Shown here piece after piece: positions 18,597 to 26,021 of a stretch of DNA of 26,971 nt. The translations under genes were made by a program, and so were the position numbers. The stretch covers positions 1-26,971 of the forward strand of contig JBDRQF010000027.1 in the NCBI GenBank assembly GCA_043826435.1. The letters are read 5' to 3'. Origin of the DNA: Elusimicrobiota bacterium (GTDB taxonomy: Bacteria; Elusimicrobiota; Endomicrobiia; CG1-02-37-114; JAHJSO01). Every line of letters starts with the position of its first letter. The first letter of the stretch is position 1. The notes beneath the pieces are model-generated. The model ran no database searches, had not been told where the DNA came from, and saw only the letters and a program-made list of their open reading frames with translations.

Positions 18597-19282
18597 AAAA
18601 ACTAATAGTCAACGCGGACGATTTCGGCTACAACATGAGGATTAACCAGGGTATAATAGCCGCGCACAGGAACGGTGTGGTTAAAACCACGAGCATAATG
18701 ACAACCAAAGACGGGTTTGAGGATGCCTTGAGGTTAAGCAGGGAGAACCCTTCACTCGCCGTCGGGCTACATGTTGACCTGGACAGGTTTTTTGTCATAA
18801 ACCACGAAAAAGGGGTTATCAACGGAATGGTGACGCCTGCCCATTCCCCTGAAGAAATAAGGGCAGAGATTAAGAGCCAGATAGACACACTGAAGTCCAG
18901 AGGCGTTGCAATAGACCACATAACGAGTCATCACCATTCGCACCTCTCCCCTGCTGTTTTTCCGTTAGTCGTTGATGTAATGAAAGAATATTCAATGAAG
19001 AATATGAGGTTCTTTAAAAAATTTTATTCAAACCCCGGCGACTACGACAATTACAGGCGCCTGCTTGACGAAAACAGGATATTATACCCCGGGCATTTCA
19101 TTGAAGGGTGGTACTGGGGGAACATAGACGAGGAGTTCGCTGTCGCCGAACTTATGACCCACCCGGGTTATGGCGAAATCTGGCGGGAGTATGAACTTGC
19201 TGCATGCTGTAACCCTAAACTGAAAGAATATTTCAAACAGAAGGGCATCCAGGTTATTTCGTTTTCGGAGATGACAGAATAA
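18593..19282 (+). CDS. YdjC/ChbG/HpnK-family carbohydrate deacetylase
   Basis: LIVNADDFG, VGLH, DHITSHHH, ELMTHPG; ATGA overlap with asd. Confidence 0.88.
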   Translation: MKKLIVNADDFGYNMRINQGIIAAHRNGVVKTTSIMTTKDGFEDALRLSRENPSLAVGLHVDLDRFFVINHEKGVINGMVTPAHSPEEIRAEIKSQIDTLKSRGVAIDHITSHHHSHLSPAVFPLVVDVMKEYSMKNMRFFKKFYSNPGDYDNYRRLLDENRILYPGHFIEGWYWGNIDEEFAVAELMTHPGYGEIWREYELAACCNPKLKEYFKQKGIQVISFSEMTE

Positions 19283-19983
19283 TGAAGCGCAGGATTCTCC
19301 TAATTGAACCTAACAAGGAAAATGCTGAAAAGATAAAACAGGAACTCACCCTGTACGACCTTATTGTCCACGTTAAGGATTTAAATGACTCAACGCTTGA
19401 AGAAATGGGAATTTACCAACCCGACCTGGTGCTGATAGACATTTCAATCGGGGACACTGATGGCTATAGGATATGCAGGAATATAAAACAGCACCTGAAA
19501 TTCAAAAATACGCCGGTTGTCTTTTTCAGTTATACCAATACGAGAGTAGAGGACGTAATAACGGGGCTTGAGTGCGGCGCCGACGATTATTTAAGGGGCC
19601 CCATAAGTTTCAGAGAACTTTCAGCCAGGATCAGGGCGATATTGCGGCGGGTGGAATACAGGGGAGAGATTGACGAGGTAATAAAGATAGGAGACGTTGA
19701 ACTGAATATAAACGAGCACACCGTTACACTGTCGGACCGGAAACAGAAAAGGCGCATTAACCTTACCCCGAAAGAGTTTGACCTCCTCCACCTCCTTATG
19801 AAAAAGGCGGGCAAGGTCGTTAACCGTGAAACCATCCTTCAAGTCGTATGGGGCTATGCCCCCGACCTGGATACAAAGACGCTGGACGTTTATGTTCACC
19901 GTCTAAGGACAAAATTAGGCAAAGAAACCGGCAAGTTGATTGAAACAGTCCTCGGCCTTGGTTACAAGTTCGCCAGGGAGTGA
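19282..19983 (+). CDS. OmpR/PhoB-family response regulator (REC + winged HTH) with an atypical receiver
   Basis: PDLVLID, GADDY, LTPKEFDLL, VWG...TLDVYVHRLRTKL, ETVLGLGYKF; TAATG coupling with the upstream gene. Confidence 0.92.
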   Translation: MKRRILLIEPNKENAEKIKQELTLYDLIVHVKDLNDSTLEEMGIYQPDLVLIDISIGDTDGYRICRNIKQHLKFKNTPVVFFSYTNTRVEDVITGLECGADDYLRGPISFRELSARIRAILRRVEYRGEIDEVIKIGDVELNINEHTVTLSDRKQKRRINLTPKEFDLLHLLMKKAGKVVNRETILQVVWGYAPDLDTKTLDVYVHRLRTKLGKETGKLIETVLGLGYKFARE

Positions 19984-20039
19984 AAGGAGCGAGCCCGCTT
20001 TAAAATCAAACACAGAGCGTTTTCGGAACCTACCCAAAA

Positions 20040-20094
20040 TTAACCAATAATTTACCTGTTTTTAACCACTTTTTAACCGTTTTCACACTATACT
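20040..20094 (+). promoter_or_regulatory. Four direct repeats with 11-bp period (OmpR/PhoB-type box) followed by a -10 element
   Basis: TTAACC 20040, TTTACC 20051, TTAACC 20062, TTAACC 20073; TATACT 20089-20094; no canonical -35. Confidence 0.75.
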
Positions 20095-20184
20095 ATATAG
20101 TGGGTCTGTTTTGCGCGTTCTGAACACCGGTGCAATATTTAACCGTAGGAATATGTGAATGCAGAGATTGAGGTTGCACTGAAA

Positions 20185-21789
20185 ATGAAAAAATACGCTG
20201 CTTTATTTCTGGTAGTAATCGCATGGAATGCATCCCTGTATGCGTCAGGGGAGTTCACGTCTCTCGGGGCAGGCGGCCGTTCAGTGGGAATGGGCCGCGC
20301 CTACACCGCCCTGGCAGAAGATGCGTCCGCAATTTACTGGAACCCCGCAGGGCTGTCCGCCCTGAAATATACGGATATTTCCTCGTTTTACACGAGCCCC
20401 CGGAGAGACACCTCCTACGGTTTTACCGGCATCGCCCTGCCGACGAAGGATTCGGGAAATTTCGGCACGGGCGTCGCTTACCTTAATACGCGCGACACGA
20501 GATTCATCAATGAAAGATACGATACCGCCGGCAATTCCGGGGTTGCGTCCGAGTTTATGGCTGTCTTTTCTTATGCAAGGAATATATCACGCTTCTGGCT
20601 TGGTGGCGCCAATGTGAAGTTCATAAGACAGTCGGTTTATAATAAATCCGAATCCGGGCTGGGCATTGACCTCGGCGGTATTTATAACGCAGGTGACAGG
20701 TTGAAGCTGGGGTTGAATGTCAGGAACATAATTCAACCCGCCATAAGACAAAAGACACGCGATACCTTTTATCCGGTGGACATAACATTAGGGTGCGGTT
20801 ACCGGCTCCTACCCGCTGACACCTGGACGCTGTCTCTTGACGTTAACAAAACGCCGTCCAGGGACGTAAAATTTTTAATCGGAAACGAGTTCACTCTCTG
20901 GAAATATCTTAACCTGAGAGCGGGTTTCAGCGACACGGATTTGAATGCAGGGCTGGGTTTTAGAATCTATACGCCCTTTGGACTGTTAGGCATTGATTAC
21001 GTCTATGCCCGGAGCAACGATGCGGCCAGCTCGGTTTACCCCGATACTTTCCACGGAGCAGGGTTCAACCTGCGTTTTGGCGAGAGGATGTCCGTTGAGG
21101 CCTCCCTGCCGGAGAATGAGTCGGAACTTTATGAGGTTATGCGTATCGCGACGGAGAAAATGAAAAAAATCCGGGGGGATGCTGAACTGCTGGTTCCTGG
21201 AATAACGCAGCCGTTTAAAGCGGAAAAGACGGATGAGCCGCAGCAGGATATGAAAGACGTAATCCGGGAACTTATCAGGAAATATTCCGGCATGGCGCAT
21301 GAGTCGTTTAATAAAGGGGAGTTTACAGAATCAATCCAGCACTGGAAAGTAGTGCTGAACCTTGACCCTGAAAACATTGACGCTTTTTCCTACATTGACG
21401 CTGCAAATAAAAACATTGAACAACTGGGGAAAGAAAAACTGGTGAATATAAAACAGAAAAAAATTGACAATCTCCTGAACCAGGCGAGGTATTATGAAAT
21501 AAAGGGCGAAATGAGGGAAGAATTCAATGTGTGGCAGAATATACTCGCCCTTGACCCTGAAAACATAGAGATAAAAAATAAAATCAGGGATAAGATAAGT
21601 AAATTAAAAACCAGAATCAGGGAACTGACAGAAACCCGTTATGCGGAAGGACTTAAGAAATACCAGAACGGGGATTTACAGGGCGCGATATGGGAGTGGG
21701 AAATCGTCCTGAAACTTAACCCGGCGCACCTGCCCGCCAGGAACGCCATGGAAAAGGCGAAAGCAGAACTCGCCCTGAAAGTTAGATAA
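20185..21789 (+). CDS. PorV/PorQ-like beta-barrel fused to a C-terminal TPR region
   Basis: Signal peptide MKKYAALF...LYA; motif 'GAGGRSVGMGRAYTALAEDASAIYWNPAGL'; barrel ends near GFNLRFG; three TPR-like units (WKVVLNLDPEN, WQNILALDPEN, WEIVLKLNPAH). GAGGT RBS before ATG 20185. Confidence 0.85.
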   Translation: MKKYAALFLVVIAWNASLYASGEFTSLGAGGRSVGMGRAYTALAEDASAIYWNPAGLSALKYTDISSFYTSPRRDTSYGFTGIALPTKDSGNFGTGVAYLNTRDTRFINERYDTAGNSGVASEFMAVFSYARNISRFWLGGANVKFIRQSVYNKSESGLGIDLGGIYNAGDRLKLGLNVRNIIQPAIRQKTRDTFYPVDITLGCGYRLLPADTWTLSLDVNKTPSRDVKFLIGNEFTLWKYLNLRAGFSDTDLNAGLGFRIYTPFGLLGIDYVYARSNDAASSVYPDTFHGAGFNLRFGERMSVEASLPENESELYEVMRIATEKMKKIRGDAELLVPGITQPFKAEKTDEPQQDMKDVIRELIRKYSGMAHESFNKGEFTESIQHWKVVLNLDPENIDAFSYIDAANKNIEQLGKEKLVNIKQKKIDNLLNQARYYEIKGEMREEFNVWQNILALDPENIEIKNKIRDKISKLKTRIRELTETRYAEGLKKYQNGDLQGAIWEWEIVLKLNPAHLPARNAMEKAKAELALKVR

Positions 21790-21822
21790 CCCGCCCAACC
21801 ATATTCCTGAATTTAATCATCC

Positions 21823-21851
21823 TTGACAAATCGCAAATTATCTTGTATAAT
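21823..21851 (+). promoter_or_regulatory. Consensus sigma70 promoter for the histidine kinase gene
   Basis: TTGACA (21823-21828), 17-nt spacer, TATAAT (21846-21851). Confidence 0.85.
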
Positions 21852-21866
21852 TCCTACTGAAATCAA

Positions 21867-23234
21867 ATGTCCCTTCTCACTAAATTCTCCATTTTTGTCA
21901 CGTTGTTAATAATCGCCGTCGTCGCTTCAATAAGTTTTTTCATTTTTGTCTCACAGAGACAATTGCTTGAAATTGAGATGCACGATTCGCGGACAAAATC
22001 AATTAAGAACGTTGCGCAGATAGCGAAAGAATCAGTCATTACGAAAGACGATTTGCTCCTGCTCAATTACCTTACGCTCGTTAAGAACACCACAAAGACA
22101 CTCGTCTCATACGCTGTCGTTGACGACAACAAGATAATAATCGCCCACAGCGATGCGGAATATATCAGAAAAAAGATGGCGCCACCGCTCCCGGAAGACA
22201 ATAATATCCTTTCACTTTCAGAGTCCGTGGTTGTCGGGAACAGGACAATAGCGACTGTTTTTATGAATTATTCCGTCCCGGAGTTAAAATCAATAATTAA
22301 AAAACAACTGGTCCACACGGGCAACAGAATTCTCATTATCGGCGGGCTTACGTTGCTCGCTGGTATATTCGTTTCTCTGGTATTCGCACACACGCTTACA
22401 TCACCCGTTATGAAACTTGCCGAGGGGGCCCGGCACATAGGCCGGGGCAACCTTAATACCCGCCTGGACATAAAGACGAACGATGAAATCGGCCATCTCG
22501 CGCGGGAGTTCAACAATATGGCTGAAAAACTCCTTGAACTTGACAGGATGAAGGACGATTTTGTCTCATCTGTAACGCACGAGTTAAGGTCGCCACTGGG
22601 CGCAGTTGAAAGTTACGTTAACCTTATGCTGGACAACAAAACAGAACTTGAGGAGAGGGGAAGGGACCATTTGATAAGAATCAAAAACAATACTGCACGC
22701 CTGGGGAGGTTCATTGACGACCTGCTGGACGTTGCGAAGATAGAGAGGGGAGCGATGGTTATAAAGAAGGAGCCGGTAAGCATCGTGGCGCTGATACAGG
22801 AAACAGCCGGCTTTTTTAACCTCCAGGCGCGCCAGCAAGACATAGAGTTGAAAACAAAAATCCAGGACGGCCTGCCGACGGTCCACGCCGACCCCGACCG
22901 TATCCGCCAGGTACTGATAAACCTCATAAGCAACGCCCTGAAATTTTCAGATAAGGGTGGGGAGATAAAGATAGAAGCGAAGACGGCCGACGCTGAAGAC
23001 GGTCTGGAGGTATGTATTTCCGACTCAGGCGTGGGTATCCCTGCGGAAGAACTGGATAATATATTTGACAAGTTCCATCAGGTCCAGGCAGTCATTGAAA
23101 AAACAAAAGGACACAGGGGCACGGGACTGGGGCTTTCAATCGCAAAGGGCATAGTTGAGTCCCACGGCGGGAAAGTCCGGGTTGAAAGTAAGCCGGGCAA
23201 AGGCAGCAGGTTCTATTTTACACTGCCGGTATAA
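21867..23234 (+). CDS. Membrane sensor histidine kinase (TM-sensor-TM-HAMP-HisKA-HATPase)
   Basis: Two TM segments; HAMP '[13 protein letters not shown]'; H-box [11 protein letters not shown]-box [11 protein letters not shown]1 DSGVGIP; G2 GTGLGLSI. Confidence 0.95.
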   Translation: MSLLTKFSIFVTLLIIAVVASISFFIFVSQRQLLEIEMHDSRTKSIKNVAQIAKESVITKDDLLLLNYLTLVKNTTKTLVSYAVVDDNKIIIAHSDAEYIRKKMAPPLPEDNNILSLSESVVVGNRTIATVFMNYSVPELKSIIKKQLVHTGNRILIIGGLTLLAGIFVSLVFAHTLTSPVMKLAEGARHIGRGNLNTRLDIKTNDEIGHLAREFNNMAEKLLELDRMKDDFVSSVTHELRSPLGAVESYVNLMLDNKTELEERGRDHLIRIKNNTARLGRFIDDLLDVAKIERGAMVIKKEPVSIVALIQETAGFFNLQARQQDIELKTKIQDGLPTVHADPDRIRQVLINLISNALKFSDKGGEIKIEAKTADAEDGLEVCISDSGVGIPAEELDNIFDKFHQVQAVIEKTKGHRGTGLGLSIAKGIVESHGGKVRVESKPGKGSRFYFTLPV

Positions 23235-23255
23235 GTTATAGTATATCTATTTATG

Positions 23256-23312
23256 TATTGCGCCGGGGTAAAGGTTATTCCGTTCAACTTACTTATAACC
23301 CCGCGTGCAATA
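23256..23312 (+). terminator. Long imperfect hairpin after the kinase gene (possible terminator or stabiliser)
   Basis: TATTGCGC-CGGGGT pairs with ACCCCG-c-GTGCAATA; inner AGGTT/AACTT; only TTT follows. Confidence 0.45.
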
Positions 23313-23361
23313 TTTGACACTTGGCTATGCTATTATGCCGAAAGGTTGCACCTCCGCCATC

Positions 23362-23390
23362 TTGATTTTTTTCGTAAAATTGTGTAGAAT
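23362..23390 (+). promoter_or_regulatory. Probable sigma70 promoter for the TPR-TM-HEAT gene
   Basis: TTGATT (23362-23367), 17-nt spacer, TAGAAT (23385-23390); ATG at 23400. Confidence 0.6.
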
Positions 23391-23399
23391 ATAGATCAG

Positions 23400-24662
23400 A
23401 TGAACAATAAAAGCACACTGGCGGCAACGCCTGCCGTAATTTCCGTACTCCTCTTCCTGCTCATGGCGGTTTTTTCCGTTTCCGCTGTGTACGCTTACTC
23501 AACGGACAAGAAAGCCACGGACATATACTTTAACCTGGGCGTAAAAAAATACGCCAACGGCGATTTTGACGGAGCCATCCTTGATTTTGAGACATCCCTT
23601 AAAATGGACTCATCAAACAAAAAGGCCACGACCTTCCTCCTGAAAATGCTTGTTGACAGGGGCTCGGAATATTACCTGCAGAAAAAATTCACCCAGGCGA
23701 TGCCTTTTATTGAACGGGCATACAAACTCGCCCCTGAAAACGAGGAAGTAAAGAAGATGTTCCTGCTTATGAAAGAGGAACAGGAGAAAAAGGAGAAAAA
23801 GGATACCCGCCCGCGTACGGCTGTTGAAGAGGTAAAACCGCAGGAGATGCTGAACCTCTTTAACGAATTTCAGCAGAGGCAGGAGAAGGTTATTGTTGAC
23901 TATTTCGGTCCCCAGCAGAAAAACCTGCAGGACATGGTGTCCCGTTATGATACTGAAAGGAAGGAACTCCTGGCGGGGTTGGCGGAAAGCGGCAGGGAAG
24001 TAAGAAAGATAAGCAGGACCCTGCTCATTGGCGGCATGGGCGGGATATTATTCGTGGGACTGTTGATACTGGTAATCGGGATGTATATGAATTATATAAA
24101 CGCACGGCGGGAAGCCATACTCCTCAGGCACCAGGAAAGTATTCTTAATGTAGTAAAAGACGAGTTCGTAGCCCTTGCAGGAGCGGCGCAGCAGGCAGCG
24201 GCGCTGTCCGACGGTTCAGGCAGGGCGTCGGCGAGGGAAATGATAAGCGACCCCAACCCGCACGTCAGGGCGAAGGGTATTGAGACGATAGAAGCGGAAC
24301 TCGTTCAGGAGGAGCCGGAAGATGCAAGGTTAATTGCAGAGAAACTCCTCCAGCCGTTCCTTGAAGACGGCGACAACAGGGTCAGGGCGAACGCTGCAAA
24401 AACCCTGTACAGGTACAACAGGAAACTTGCAATCTCAACACTGCAGACGATGTTCAAGAGTGAAGACAAGCGGATGAGGACAGGCGCCGCATGGGCGCTG
24501 GGCGAAATCGGCGATGAGGAGTCGGCGGCGCTACTCCTGGAAAAGATAGGCGACCCCGACGAGCAGTGCAAGAAAACGATTACGGACTCCTTGAAGAAAA
24601 TAGTTGATGCAGGCAAGTTGCCGGCTGAACTCTCGGGCAGGATTTCAAGGGAATTAAAATAA
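23400..24662 (+). CDS. Membrane protein with N-terminal TPRs, coiled coil, TM helix and C-terminal HEAT repeats
   Basis: Signal/TM ending in VYA; TPRs (YFNLGVKKYANGDFDGAILDF, ERAYKLAPEN); TM LLIGGMGGILFVGLLILVIGMYM; HEAT_2-like repeats (DPNPHVRA, DGDNRVRANAA, RMRTGAAWALGEIG). Confidence 0.85.
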   Translation: MNNKSTLAATPAVISVLLFLLMAVFSVSAVYAYSTDKKATDIYFNLGVKKYANGDFDGAILDFETSLKMDSSNKKATTFLLKMLVDRGSEYYLQKKFTQAMPFIERAYKLAPENEEVKKMFLLMKEEQEKKEKKDTRPRTAVEEVKPQEMLNLFNEFQQRQEKVIVDYFGPQQKNLQDMVSRYDTERKELLAGLAESGREVRKISRTLLIGGMGGILFVGLLILVIGMYMNYINARREAILLRHQESILNVVKDEFVALAGAAQQAAALSDGSGRASAREMISDPNPHVRAKGIETIEAELVQEEPEDARLIAEKLLQPFLEDGDNRVRANAAKTLYRYNRKLAISTLQTMFKSEDKRMRTGAAWALGEIGDEESAALLLEKIGDPDEQCKKTITDSLKKIVDAGKLPAELSGRISRELK

Positions 24663-25052
24663 ATGGAACTGGTCATACTTACAATTTTCGGTATAGCCGT
24701 AATAGGTCTTTCGTCTTACTTCGCGCTGATAAGGGAAAGGCCTAAAAACATTAACGACTATATCACCGGGTGGAAGTATTACGACGGGGAGAGCGTCTTC
24801 CCGCGTCTTAAAACGGGCGATATACTCCATTTAATGAGACAGTCCGATAACCCCCACGACAAGTACGCCGTAGAGATTTTTTCTTCGGAAGGCATAAAAC
24901 TCGGTTTCATGTCCCGAGTGTACAGCAAGGTCGTATCCGACGCCCTGGCTGCAAAGAGGGTGGTAGTCGGGACTATTACGGAACTTAACCCTCCGCCCGA
25001 AGAACAGTTCAAGAGGGTAAAGGTGCAGGTGACCATCTATGGAAAAGTTTAA
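24663..25052 (+). CDS. HIRAN-domain protein with an N-terminal membrane anchor
   Basis: TM at residues ~3-24; HIRAN signature 'ITGWKYY...LKTGDILHLMRQSDNPHDKYAVEI....KLGFM'. Confidence 0.85.
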   Translation: MELVILTIFGIAVIGLSSYFALIRERPKNINDYITGWKYYDGESVFPRLKTGDILHLMRQSDNPHDKYAVEIFSSEGIKLGFMSRVYSKVVSDALAAKRVVVGTITELNPPPEEQFKRVKVQVTIYGKV

Positions 25053-25425
25053 GGGCAAAAAGATTCTTGTAGTTGACGACGAAGAGGACTATTTAAACCT
25101 GGCGAAGACAATCCTTGAGCCGGAGGGATACAGCGTAATAACGGCGTCCGACGGGCTTATAGGGATGGAGAAACTTTCCCTGGAAAAACCCGATCTCTTA
25201 ATACTTGACATAAACATGCCTGAGATAAACGGTTTCAATGTATGCGAGAAGATAAGGGCTTCGGGAGAGTTTAAACGCATACCCATAATAATGCTTACCG
25301 TCCGCAGGAAAGAAGAAGACAAAATAAAGGGGCTGGAAACGGGCGCAGATGATTACATCACAAAACCGTTCCACCCCAGGGAGTTAATAAGCAGGGTCAG
25401 GACGGTTCTCAGAAGGTCTGGATAA
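25039..25425 (+). CDS. Single-domain response regulator (receiver only)
   Basis: ILVVDDE, LLILDINMP, IIMLT, GADDYITKPF; all canonical residues present; no output domain. Confidence 0.95.
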   Translation: MEKFKGKKILVVDDEEDYLNLAKTILEPEGYSVITASDGLIGMEKLSLEKPDLLILDINMPEINGFNVCEKIRASGEFKRIPIIMLTVRRKEEDKIKGLETGADDYITKPFHPRELISRVRTVLRRSG

Positions 25426-25457
25426 AGGATGGGCACAACAATTAGGAGGATAAACCG

Positions 25458-26021
25458 GTGGAAATGACAAGCAGGGTAACGCATCTAAGCAGAGTCATCG
25501 TGCATATACTCGGTATAATGGTGTTTGCGGTTTTTACGGCCGTTGGGGCGAATATTTACATCCCGTTGCCCTGGACACCCGTGCCGATAACCCTCCAGAC
25601 ATTTTCCGTTTTTCTCTCAGGGGCGGTCCTCGGAGGGACTTACGGCCCTCTTTCTATGGCGTATTACATAATGCTGGGGCTTGCCGGCATGCCGTTTTTC
25701 GCAGGAGGCAGCGCGGGGTTTGCAAGGATACTGGGGCCCACCGGCGGCTACCTGTTGGGTTTTGTAGTCGCTTCCTTCGTCATTGGCAAATTCATCGGAA
25801 AAAGACCCGGATTTTTCAATGCAGAACTGGTCCTTTTGTTCGGCATAGCGGTAGTTTATTTCTTCGGCGTCCTGCAACTCTGTATCGTTACCGGATTTTC
25901 CCCGGCTGATGCAATCATCAAGGGAGTCCTGCCCTTCCTGGCAGGGGACATAATGAAGACCTTTGTCGTTGCAGGCGTTTATTCAAAGTATCATTCCTTT
26001 TTCAAAAAAACATTCCAATGA
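25458..26021 (+). CDS. bioY: Biotin ECF transporter S-component
   Basis: PVPITLQT, GLAGMPFFAGG, GPTGGYLLGF, GVLPFLAGD; GTG start with AGGAGGA RBS. Confidence 0.93.
   Translation: MEMTSRVTHLSRVIVHILGIMVFAVFTAVGANIYIPLPWTPVPITLQTFSVFLSGAVLGGTYGPLSMAYYIMLGLAGMPFFAGGSAGFARILGPTGGYLLGFVVASFVIGKFIGKRPGFFNAELVLLFGIAVVYFFGVLQLCIVTGFSPADAIIKGVLPFLAGDIMKTFVVAGVYSKYHSFFKKTFQ

Noticed and set aside
20040..20078. CRISPR array or iterons
   Set aside because: The units are 6-bp cores with 5-bp spacers, and there is no cas or rep gene.
20084..20104. NrdR box
   Set aside because: Only a partial match, single copy, with no nrd gene adjacent; better explained as the -10 region.
23314..23336. TTGACA...TATTAT promoter
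   Set aside because: The spacer is only 11 nt.
23325..23360. c-di-GMP or other riboswitch suggested by a GAAA tetraloop
   Set aside because: No second stem or conserved aptamer nucleotides are recognisable.
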